A stretch of DNA of 63,481 bases, counting the filler, from Octopus bimaculoides (Eukaryota), in the NCBI RefSeq assembly GCF_001194135.2. It is 4 parts of 3 records of this genome, joined end to end, with 100 filler letters (N's around TTAATTAATTAA, not from the genome) between each part and the next. Parts side by side here need not be neighbours in the genome. Positions count along the whole stretch, not along the records: positions 1 to 29,034 come from NC_068981.1; 3 more parts are not named here. One strand, written 5' to 3'. Shown here in pieces: positions 1 to 11,541 of the stretch. The first letter of the stretch is position 1. Each line of letters opens with the position of its first letter. Position numbers and translations under genes: made by a program. The notes under the pieces are model-generated. The model made no database searches and was not told the DNA's origin. It saw only the letters and a program-made list of their open reading frames with translations.

Positions 1-139
1 ATATATATATATATACATATATATAAAGAGAGAAAAGGATAAAGAGAACAATGGCAGAGTTAGAAATATATTTTATGGATAAAGTCTTACATATATATAT
101 ATATATATGACAATCTTCATATCCTACTTAACATGAATA

Positions 140-348
140 TATTATTAGAACGCCAAATACTGCAGTATTCGCCTTGAGAAAGGCCCTCTCATATTGACGC
201 CGGTGCTAAGAGTACGTACATTTATAGTAGCGGATATCCATGTCAGACAACTTTCGTCCGTTACGATATGTGTTTGGTCTTAGCACCGGACGTCTATACG
301 AGTGGATCCTTTAAGGTGAATGATGCAGTATTCGGCGTTCTAATAATA
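140..348. mobile_element. Fold-back MITE (~210 bp) with ~70-bp imperfect terminal inverted repeats
   Basis: Left arm tattattagaacgccaaatactgcagtattcgcc...ccggtgctaaga (140-~211) matches the reverse complement of tcttagcaccggacgtc...gcagtattcggcgttctaataata (~278-348). TA-ended, which suggests a Tc1/mariner type. Confidence 0.75.
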
Positions 349-1471
349 CGCCCACGCTAAATATGATAAATAGATTACCTTTCAATAGTAATACTGCGCC
401 TGTTACACTTTTATAGCTTCCTATAGTCTATCCATTTTAAATAAAATATATAGAATGCTGTGTTGAATTAATATTGTTTTTGTCGCTAATAATGAATTGT
501 TACCCAGCGTACAGACTGTTTGCGACACGGCGTTTGCTTGTGAATATTTGCTGCAAGTAATGCTAAAGGAAGCAAATGTGAAGATTCGGCAATTCCACCG
601 CTTCTGCATGACACTTTTCCCTACTACTCCGATGCTTCTGTGCTTTTTAACACGTCTATACGAGATGATGTCTCGAGACGAACATCTCCGTTTTGTAGTT
701 TTCAAAAGCATATCTACGTAAAGTAAGATATACAAAATTACATACAAACATGTATATATATGTATGTATATGTCGATTAGTATGTTGAAGTGGCACAGTT
801 TGGGCTACCTGATGTCATCCGCACTGCGGAATTCCTGAAGTAGATCCAACGGAACATACCTTCATTCCCTATCCAGACGAGCATATAACATGACATCCAA
901 AACTCAGGATCTTTAACGAGACACAAACCTTTAGGTATAGATGTACCTGATGACACCCAGATTGCAAAATCAATGCAACACAACATGTTGAAAGGAGTCC
1001 GACCCCTAAGGGACAGCAGCGGATGGATCGAAACGACTGTTGTACAAAATAAAGAATAATACCAAATCCATCTTCTCGTTACTTAAGCAATTATTATCAT
1101 ATGGGTGTGGCGTGTGTGCGTGTATGCGCGCGCGTGTATGTTTGTGTGCATGTATGTATATATGTATGTATATATGTATATGTAAATATATATGTGTGTG
1201 TATATATATATATATATATATNNNNNNNNNNNNNNNNNNNNNNNNNNNNNNNNNNNNNNNNNNNNNNNNNNNNNNNNNNNNNNNNNNNNNNNNNNNNNNN
1301 NNNNNNNNNNNNNNNNNNNNNNNNNNNNNNNNNNNNNNNNNNNNNNNNNNNNNNNNNNNNNNNNNNNNNNNNNNNNNNNNNNNNNNNNNNNNNNNNNNNN
1401 NNNNNNNNNNNNNNNNNNNNNNNNNNNNNNNNNNNNNNNNNNNNNNNNNNNNNNNNNNNNNNNNNNNNNNN

Positions 1472-1517
<46 letters not shown>

Positions 1518-1539
1518 TGTGTGTGTGTGTTTGAAAGAC

Positions 1540-1572
<33 letters not shown>

Positions 1573-2247
1573 GAAAGTGTGTCAGGATTTATTTTTCGAA
1601 TTCCTCACGAAAGAAAGAGCGCTATAGCCTAGAAACTTCTTCATTGGTATTGAGATTAACATATATATGTGCATATATGTGTGTACACATGTTTACAAAA
1701 AGCATATACACGTAGTCATGGGCAATGGCTAGGGTGTATGTGTACATGTTATTACATGCTAATCTTCTTGAATGTTTTACACATTTTGGCAGAATATGTG
1801 ATAGCTCGTGTCTGTAATCTTATGATTAGGCGTGTCGTTTCGAGTTTCTGATACCCAACTTCTCAAAATTTGTAGTGGGGAAGTTAATCACGTGGTCAAA
1901 TGCTCCGATGATTATCGATAGCAATATAAGATTTTAGTTCCTCTGGAGTAATTGAGATTCTCATCAATTCAGTATAAATATTTCCATTTGTTTTTTTTTA
2001 TTGACATTACGTTCACATGTTCTAGCCTATTGATTTCAACCACTGTACATGGTTATTACTTCTTTGTCCCATATTTTGTCTAATCTGTTTGTCTTCATTG
2101 AAGTCTTCACAGAGGTATTTCAACAGTATTCTATTTGTGTATGTATTAATGTAATATTATGGACAGACACTCACACGCACACACACCTATATACGAATGT
2201 ATATATAAATGGGCGTACATACATATATTTGCATATATACCTGTGTG

Positions 2248-2311
<64 letters not shown>

Positions 2312-3091
2312 GTGTATGTGTGCATGTATTTATGCATACCATATGTTACATATATATTATACCATACCTTGATACTGTGTGGGCTAAGATCCCCGTTGAC
2401 AGGCCGCTGGTATTTACAGTGTTAGACATTTTCTGTATGCAAATTAGAGATTCCTTCAAAGAGCAACAGTTGCATTTGTTGAGTATATAAACAGTTTGGC
2501 TGCTTTATTCTCCGGATACTGGTAGAATGATGTAGACTGGTAGAATGATGTGTGCGTGCGTGCGTGCGTGCGTGCGTGCGTGTGCGATCGTGTGTTTTAT
2601 ACTTTGTACTTCAGCACTAAAAAATTCCAAGGTTAAAACTTTGAAATTGCAATGATGCATGTCATAAAGTTTCTATTCTCTGTACCATAACTTCCACATT
2701 TGCACCATATTTTTCCATTAAACTATGTTAGATACTAAATACATGAGAATCACTAATGGACATAAAATGCTGGTGATAATCTGACAATTAAATTCTTGGC
2801 TAGTCAGCCCACAGCACCGTGTTGTGTCAATAACTAAGAAATTTTAACTAACTACAGGATTTTTAAGCAGCAATATCACTTTAAATTAAGATACATTTTC
2901 TTTATTATGCTTTCATTTTGTTTCTGAATCGAGGAAAAATTGGGCTTCATTCAGATGATATGCTCTAGATACACTTTCTGAAGATAATATTTTAATGTTA
3001 CACCAAGGACCTAATAGGATAAAAGAGGCTACATATATAACATGTATATCTAGGAACAATCCTGTTTGAAATAATACATCAACACTGATTT

Positions 3092-3296
3092 CAAATTTTG
3101 GTACAATGCCAGGAACTTCGGGGAAGGGGATAAGTCGATCATATCGACCCCAGTATTCAACGGGTACTTATTTTATCGCCCCCACCAAAAACAAAAAAGC
3201 ACGATGTCGACTTTGAACTCAGATCGTTAAGATAAACGAAATGCCACCAAGTTTCATTTTGCCCGGCGTGCTAACGACCCCTCTAGCTCGCTGCCT
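3092..3296 (-). mobile_element. SINE family A copy (GGCGAGCTGGCAGAATCGTTAGC-headed)
   Basis: Contains gtcgat..atcgaccccagt, ggtacttattttatcg, tttgaactcaga and gtgctaacga, shared with more than 10 other copies in the window. Confidence 0.8.
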
Positions 3297-4940
3297 TGTT
3301 AATATTATCACTTATAATTGTATTATGCTACACATTTGAAGGTGAAGCATAATTTATGTCCATGCTCAGGATATAAGATATCCTTCCAATGAAATATCAG
3401 ATATCAGTGAGAAAAGCCTCGAGTGAGATTCTTTTGTGTAAGCCTTATTCTGTTTGAAAATGTTACTTGTTCATGATTTCCCTCTAAATATTCGAATGCA
3501 TATACCTATTTCTGCGAGATAATAGGCATTGTGCTTCCTTTACAAATAACAAATACAGATTCCATATATAAACGTACAAAACAAACATGCAATTCGTGCA
3601 AGGGATTCTTCCATTAAGAAGAGCTTATTGAATTAACGTCACATTTATGGCATCGTATCCTTAAGGTAGTAATATTCTATAACGATTATATATCAGGTTA
3701 AATTTAAATCCTGCTGTATCACAATAATGGTTCGTCATATTTCTGTTGATTACTCTGCTATTTATTATAGCAATTCAAAGATGTCTTTAAAATTCACGTG
3801 TTTGATAAGTAATTAAACATTACATCTCTATCGATATCATTCTGCGATTGTCATATGTAAGAAGCATAAATTACTTCAGTTATCGATAACTTGATAATCC
3901 CATTAACTTTGGAACGGTTAATTACGAAATATATTTAGTAGTTGACAGAAAATGTGCAAACCATTATAATGGTGCTTAAAAGATATCATTCAATCTCTTA
4001 ATTATTAACTCATTAGATCATTTATAGAAATTGCACTCATAATTGCTGAGATTATCTTTTATTATCTACTTATGACTTTGTCTATGAAATGACGGGCAAA
4101 GAGAAATGTCTAAACTAATTAAAGAGACAATTTTGTAAACTTATAAATTTTAATATCAGTTGGCAAGGGAATATCGTAGCATACTAGTGAGAGTTCGAAT
4201 ATGGTTCCCCTCGTTAGCAAATGAGAAAGAAATACATACACGGCATATTTAGTTACCGTTTCGAGATTTTGACAAAAATGGTTGTTTATGGAGATATTGT
4301 TGTTTACTTCCAGATGAACGCAAAGTAAATCTATGAGAATAAGAGTTCCAGTCACGGCTATCCTTTCTATTTATGTATATGCTAGACAATATGGTCTTCC
4401 AGCGTCTTCCACCAACAGTCACGGCAAGCCGTCGTTGCTGCTACTATATTAATCATAGTTTCAGACCAGCAACTCATGGCGAATAATAGAGCAAAGTACG
4501 TTTGAACAACTGCATACGTCTGATTAGAATCGAGTAACAACGGTCTTAGGCCACTTAAACAGAACGAAATGAAAATTTTATTTCCTTGGTAACATTTGAA
4601 AAACTTAGTGAAATCTTGAAGAAAAATTTTAGTCACGTTTCAAGATGATGGCAACGAATAATAATAATAATAATAATTTTCTAAGTGAACAGTCCGGTGT
4701 GCTTATGTTAATGGCCTACTAATATATAAAATGAGTTTCTTTCCGTAGGTGTCGGGAAAACATTTAGCAAGTATGCAAACAAAATTTAAAGACAAATAAT
4801 GATAAAGCGCGATTTGATTGTAAGATATTTCAACGGTAAGTCTGTCTTTGTCAAATTCAAAATATAAGAAGTGATAAAAATTCAAAATTAAGCACCGAGG
4901 CCATGTGGAGAACTGTTTTTTTTGTTTTTTTTGTTTTTTT

Positions 4941-6230
4941 TTAGCATGGATGTTCCTTCCTTATATCCCAATATTGACCAAAATGAAGGGGTAGAAGCAT
5001 GCATGGAAGCCTTCGAAAAGCGGTCAAACAAAAGTATTCCATCAAATTTTCTCTGTAGATTATTGAGGTTTGTGTTAGAAAGTAACACAAGGAAGTTTAG
5101 ACAAAGATTTTACCACCAGGCGAAGGGTTACCCCCATGACAATTAATTTCGCTAATGTCTTTATGACGAAATTCGAGACATTCAAATCCCTTCATGGTCA
5201 TGAACCAATACTCTGGTTACGGTTCATTGATGACGTATTTTTTGTCTAGGAAGGATAACAAAATACTTTAATGGACTGCTTGCATTTCTGTGACTGTTAT
5301 GCTAGAAACTATGGCTTTAAGTCCAACATAAAATTTACGTCTAGTTTTTCAAACACTAGCGTTGAATTTTTGTACACAAAAGTCAAGTTTTCTGGAGGCA
5401 GAACAGTGACAGAGTTATTTTGCAAGCCCACGTTATTCCACATTTATCTCCACCGCCGCTCCGAACATCCACATCATCTTATTCGGTCAAATCCTAAATC
5501 CCAGCTTTTGAGGATAAAACGGATTTGTACTGACATAGGGGATTACTGGAAACATGCAAATTCTTTTGTATATCATTATGTCAAACACGGTTACAGTGAA
5601 TCACGATTAAAGGAAATAGCAAATGAAATAGCTAAGATTAGCAAAGATAGTCAAACCTTCACGCATAATTTTAGCAAACACAATACAATAGATGACAAAA
5701 TTATTTTAGTGATTAGCTGACACCGATGTTTTGCTGGCATTTCAAAAGTGTTGCATGAAAGTTACCAGCATGTGGCGAAGAAATTTCCCAGTTTCAAACA
5801 GATATTTCCTCAGCCGCCCATTGTAGCCTTTCGACAGAATAAGAACATAAAAGAATTATTGACCTCTATATCTGACTCCAAGAAAACGAACATTGGAGTA
5901 TCTGCACACTGTACCTTAAAGAACAGCCGCAAGAGAGGTAAGCCCTGTTCATTGCAACAACATGAGTGAAGTGAATTCCATCAGAAATCATAACAGAAAT
6001 GTTATGATTTATACAGAAGGTGGAACATGTAATGATTTCCATTTGGTGTACGCTGCGGGATGCACGAAACACAACTTGATTTATGCTGGTTGTACAACAG
6101 AACGATTAAACAAAACGTTTAACGGGCACATATTCGACGTCAGGTACAATAACAGTAGTTCGACAGAACTTGCTGGACATTTCGTTCAAGAAGACTTGAA
6201 AGTGCATATTCTCAGAAAATATTCTGAATC
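4941..6230 (+). mobile_element. Degenerate Penelope-like retroelement: RT plus GIY-YIG endonuclease, with stops and frameshifts
   Basis: RT motifs SMDVPSLYPNID, RFYHQAKG, FANVFM and RFIDDVF (5220-5240, YxDD-like), VEFLYTKV, thumb YLHRRSEHP...SQLLRIKRICT, then GIY-YIG-like TCNDFHLVYAAGCTKHNLIYAGCTTERL. Confidence 0.9.
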
Positions 6231-6507
6231 TGCTTCACTTTCACTTTCTTTCTGTCTTTTTCTTTTCTATAAAATTGTAACTTAAAAACTGATGACGTCA
6301 TTCCATCAACGTGTGGACGCTGGTTGCTCTCGTTCGTACTTTACGTTTGAATTTCTATAATTTTGAATTTTTATCACTTATTTTCAACTTAACAAAGATA
6401 GACTTACTGTTGAAATATCGTTCAACCAATAAAAATTCTTACAATCGAATCGCGCTCTTCGTCTTGACTGTTTACCTTTGTGAAGAGCTACGTCAATGTT
6501 TTTTTTA

Positions 6508-6509
<2 letters not shown>

Positions 6510-6576
<67 letters not shown>
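6510..6576. repeat. (AAT)n microsatellite
   Basis: Direct reading of the sequence. Confidence 0.98.
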
Positions 6577-6577
<1 letters not shown>

Positions 6578-6578
<1 letters not shown>

Positions 6579-6850
6579 GTGCATCTCTGATCATGAGCAG
6601 AAGTAGTGGGGGAGCATCATAGCTATATGTTGAGAGGAATTATTTGGGGTTTGAATAATTCATTTTTGGAAACAGATCTTTTGCTCAACATCCTTAAACG
6701 AACCTTATTCAGGGACCGTTTGAGCGGGATAGGCTACTCGACCTGACGAAAAATCTAACTGGGCCCCACCTGCGAGGTCATGCGTTGTTTATCTTGATAT
6801 GAGATCACCATGTCGCGTACATATGGTTGTGATGCATGTATCTGGTGTAC
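6578..6850 (+). mobile_element. Interspersed repeat of unknown class; a second copy lies inverted at ~27030-27240
   Basis: gtgcatctctgatcatgagcagaagtagtgggggagcatcatagc matches the reverse complement of catggctatgttgctttccaactactcctactcctgatcagagatgtac at ~27088-27137. Confidence 0.6.
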
Positions 6851-6894
6851 CCTTATCAGACGGGTAGTCATGATGGGTATAATGGGCTTCGTAA

Positions 6895-7235
6895 TGTTGG
6901 AAATGGTATAAGCACCAATCCGAAGTTGGAACTGAGGGAGAAAATGTAACAATTTGGAGTTTCCAGTGCATACAGACAGAATCATTCAAACCAATAAACT
7001 GGATATTGTTGTGAAAAAACAAAACAATAAAATCTGTTTATTGATCAACATTAGCATCCTTGTAAGCACAATATCTTGGCAAAAGAATTTGAAAAGCTGA
7101 GGAAATATAAAGCTTTGCTCATTGAAATCAAAAGAATGTGGCGGTTACAACATCACTGATTGTAGGAGCACTTGGGACGATGAAAAAAAATAATTGAAAA
7201 TTATTTGTGAATGATCACTGGTTTACCATCCATGC
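6895..7235 (+). mobile_element. 3' fragment of an R4/Dong-type non-LTR retrotransposon (restriction-like endonuclease domain), degenerate
   Basis: WYKHQSE, HTDRIIQTNKLDIVVK (NxPDI-type motif), KEFEKLRKYKALLIEIKRMW and IVGALGTMKK, across frameshifts. Confidence 0.8.
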
Positions 7236-7379
7236 TAGTCAATTACATCGACCCCAGTGCTCAACTGGTACTTACATTATCGACCTCGAAAGGAAGAAAG
7301 GCAAAGTCAACATCAGTGCCATTTGAAGTCGGAATGTAAAGTCAGAAGAAATAGCGTTGCTTGACGTTCTGAGTGCAAA

Positions 7380-8690
7380 TGTTGCCAGGAAAATAATAAG
7401 GAAGAGAAAACTGACGGCAGCGACTTAAGTGAAGCAGATCAGATTTTAGACGACTTGAAGGAAGTATTGAGAAAAGAAGAATGGAAAAGACGCCCAGGAT
7501 TAAAATGTGTTAATAGAAGGAATTTGCTAGATATTTCAAAGAAAGTAGATTCTTTTATCATTATGATTAATACTAGATATGTCGGTGACACTGATTTATT
7601 GATTTATGCAACAGGGGTAGTGGTTATTAACAGACTAGGCATTCCACAAGAAAAGAATGGAAAGATGTAGATATGGAAAAGAAGATTAGAAAATAAAGTG
7701 AAGAATTTAAGGCAAGAATAGAACCTTGGAAACAGGAGAAGGAAAACAAAAGACTTAGAATACTTAGAAAAGATTTGGGATAAAGCGCTAGCAGGTAAGC
7801 TTTTCAGATGTTAGAAAGGAGTAGATCAGTATCAACAGAACAGATAGTTTGAAACAGATTTTTATCGCCGAATGAATAATGTAGAAGAAAGTACTGAAGT
7901 CAAGAAGCCTAATGCAGAAGAAGCTAGAAAGTTTTGATATCTGGAATAAACCAGTTAATCATAATGAAGATACAGCATGGTTAAAGAAATAAGTAATTAG
8001 TAAGAAGCAACCAGATCTAAAGCTAACTAGTGTATTAATGAGGAAAGAGTTTGGAAGAATGCCAAATTGCAATGGCCCAGGACCAGATTTAGTTCGAGGG
8101 TATTGGCTGAATAAATCTAGAAACTTACATGAGACAATGTGGGAACAGCTTCAGGGTTGCCTGAATGGAATATTGTCTAATTGGATGACTAGGAGAACAG
8201 TAGTCTTTATGAAAGACAAAATCGAGAGTAATATAGGTAGTAATTACAGACTAAGCACTTGCTTCCCACTATCAGAAATGCTTTCAAAAAGCGTTTATGA
8301 GCATTTTGATAGCCAGAATTTACTTCCAGGAGAAGGAAGAAGGCTAAAGGAATGCACGGTGTATTATACATAGCCAAAGCAGTTCTAAAAGAAAAGAAAT
8401 CGAGAAAGAAAGATTTAACGATAGCATGGATAAATTATAAGAAAACCTCTGAAATGATTTTCACATTCGTGGATAAGTAAATGGTTGAGTATATTCATTA
8501 TTGCAGACAACATAAGATATTTAATTAGCTATAGCATGAAGAAATCGAGATAAGATTTTCACCAAGGTGATGAAGCCTTAGAGAAAGTTAATATCAAGAG
8601 AGGATTTTTCTAGGGAAACTTATTACCCCATTTAATATTTGTGTTACGTCTAATGCCCCTTAGTTTAGTATTAAGAAAAGCAAACTGGTT
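7380..8690 (+). mobile_element. Degenerate R4/Dong-type LINE, reverse-transcriptase region
   Basis: MPNCNGPGPDLVRGYWL (cf. MPNWKAPGPD), NYRLSTCFP (cf. NYRPITCLP), AWINYKK (cf. WIDYKKAYD) and RGFF*GNLLPHLIF (cf. RGIFQGDSLSPLLF); multiple stops. Confidence 0.85.
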
Positions 8691-9479
8691 TGCAAGACAC
8701 GTGATTGAATGTACCTACGAGAAAGTACATTTCATTTTGCACATCATCATGTGTTGTCAGCTCACAGTGATGAGTTACATTAAAGCGTGTATCTTGACAG
8801 AAATGCTAGCAACGTAGCCCTGGATTGAATTCTGTCATAAAACATTGAAGTGAAACAGAAAATGTACAAGTGAGTTATTTTTAATAATTTTCGGAAATTT
8901 TTTCGAAGTTCTAAATAGTCATTTTTTGTTCTTGTTAGTGCATTGTGAAACATATAGGCGATAAAATTCTGGACAATCAAATAAGAAGTCTATAATCGGT
9001 AAACTATTTTAAGTATATTAGTGTACACTATATTGTATATTACCCGTGAGTAGTGCTTTACATTACCCTTGGGTAATGCACAGAAATATGAGTCACTATT
9101 TTAAACTGTTTGGAACAGCTGAGTCATTCGTTTCCAACCTGCATTGAAATCAATTCCACCAATCAATAGCCAATTCAAGGAGAAAATTTATGCTATTCGC
9201 TAGGGAAACTGGGGATAAAACATGACCTCGTGTGTCATTGTAATTCAGGAAAGGATTTCGTATAATGTTCGGATCTACGCACCATTTATCTAAATATTAA
9301 TAGTATCAGCTAGAAGTTAACGTCAAACAATATAATTGTGTCACTTCAGCCCTGACAATATGGGCCTTGTGTATTGTTAAAAATATCATTATTCATATTT
9401 TCAGTGGTAATACTTCGGGAAAGCTTTAACGTTTCCACGTTATAATATCAAAATAATGAGAAAGACGCAAACTGTTTTC

Positions 9480-9483
<4 letters not shown>

Positions 9484-9536
<53 letters not shown>

Positions 9537-9622
9537 AAGAGAGAGAGTGAATGAGTGAGAGATAGACAGATAGAATGAGAGAGAGAGAGTGAGTGAGTGA
9601 GAGATAGATAGATAGATAGATG

Positions 9623-9697
<75 letters not shown>
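9484..9697. repeat. Compound (GA)n/(GAGT)n/(GATA)n microsatellite
   Basis: Direct reading; explains ORFs 9440-9787 and 9478-9744. Confidence 0.97.
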
Positions 9698-9699
<2 letters not shown>

Positions 9700-9815
9700 G
9701 AAATGAGGAAGTATAAGAAGAGAAGACAAGTCTATTATTTCCATATGTTAATATTACTATTAATATGCATTTAACACTAATGTGCATTACTTAGCGTAAT
9801 TATAATTCAACAAAA

Positions 9816-9997
9816 GTGGCGAGCTGGCAGAATCGTTAGCATCGCTACGTTCTGAGTTCAAATTCCGCCGGGGTTGACTTTACCTTTCACCCTTTCGGGG
9901 TCGATAAATAAAGTACCAGTGAAACATTGAGATCGATGTAATCGACTTGTCTCTTCCCGCCAAATTTCAGGCCTTGTGCTTATAGTAGAGAGTATTA
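9816..9997 (+). mobile_element. SINE family A copy with an internal deletion
   Basis: gtggcgagctggcagaatcgttagc...ttctgagttcaaattccgcc...gtcgataaataaagtaccagt...tttcaggccttgtgc. Confidence 0.85.
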
Positions 9998-10929
9998 TAT
10001 AATGCAACCTTATATTCACATATATCAAACTAAGTTATCTGATCATATGTACCGGAATACCATGGAGACATTTAGGATTCAGCTTTATCACAAACAAACC
10101 CCAGTGTTGCCTTCTGAGTTCAAATACCATTGTGGCTAAGCTGCGTCTGTTGCCCGCTTTAACACAGAGACCTGGTCCTTGAACACCTTCAACGAAGTGC
10201 AATCTTTTGGATCTACTCATTAAATCATATCGTGCGATTTGAAATTTGAGATTCTTTCAAATTAGATTCTTTTAGAATCTTTAATTGCTTTTTGCATAAC
10301 TTTGTACCACACTAATTCTAAATGAATTGAACTAGCTAAATTAATTTTATTAATTTATAAGGCAAACACATTATAACTTCTCTTTGTAATTTGTAAATTT
10401 TAATAACGCATTTTAATAGACACACACTTGTATCTAATTTCTAAGTCGTTCACTCTTACCATATTTTTTTCTTTCGGACTACAATGCAATTTCTCTACAG
10501 TTTTCATATAAAACATTCAACATTGTTCACGAAACCAGAGAAATATATCACGACAGATTTCTTGCAGAAATCTTCTAAGAGTAACATAAATTCCATTAAG
10601 TTATCAGTCACTTCTTCGGTTAAATAATTTTCTACGTTATTCTTATTCTCGTTCTCATTTTAATTGAAATGCTTTTGCACATTCAACGAGATCTATTGTA
10701 TTTCTCCTTACACCCTCATTAAATACCTGTCTATAAAGCTACTCAGTTACACGTTTTCTATAATTCTTTTCTTAAATATACTTTTAGACTGTGGAGCTGG
10801 AATTTATATTCTCCATCTTAAGTTACACACAATTTCATACTTTATACGTTATAGACATTTTCTTATTTTTACTCACTCTACAATTTAAACAATACCGTTT
10901 GTACACACACAAGCAACAATTTTATTGTA

Positions 10930-11541
10930 AAATATTGGTATCAAATTTGGCACAAGGCCAGCAATATAGTGGGACAGAGTAAGTCGATTACACCGACTCC
11001 AGCCATCTACTGGTAGTTAATTTATCGATTCCGAAAAGATGAAAAGCAAGTCGACCTCAACGGAATTTGAATTCAGGACGTAAGGACGGACAACGTGACA
11101 CAAGGACAGCAAGTTCAGGGAAGTGTGTAAGTCGATTACATCGACCCCACTGCTCAGTTAGTAATTATTTTACCGACGTCTAAAGGAAAAAAGGCAAAAG
11201 CGACCTCGGTGGAATTTGAATTAAAAACGTAAAGATGGACGAACTACGGAAAGCACTGCTTGGCGTGCTAACGATCCTGCCACTAACGATTCTGCTAGCC
11301 CGCCACCCTAGCTAAATGTAAAAATATTCTTTTCTACTCTAGGCACAAGGCCCGAAATTTTGGGAGCAAAAGCCAGTTGATTACATCGACCCCAACATGC
11401 AACTGGTACTTAATTTATCGACTTCGAAAGGATGAAAGGCAAAGTTGACTTCGGCAGGATTTGAACTCAGAACGTAACGGCAGACGAAATACCGCTAGTT
11501 ATTTTTTGCCGGCGTGCTAACGATTCAACCAACCCGCTGCC
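10930..11541 (-). mobile_element. Three stacked SINE family A copies
   Basis: Three successive cacaagg.../gtcgattaca..cgac/ggaatttgaa units at ~10930-11095, ~11097-11307 and ~11329-11541. Confidence 0.85.

Noticed and set aside
1006-1715. Long ORFs rich in YI/HT/CV dipeptides and X runs (also near 12269-13009, 23309-23691, 27668-28011, 31341-31633, 32592-33431, 61037-61483)
   Set aside because: These are translations of (TA)n and (CA)n microsatellites and N gaps.
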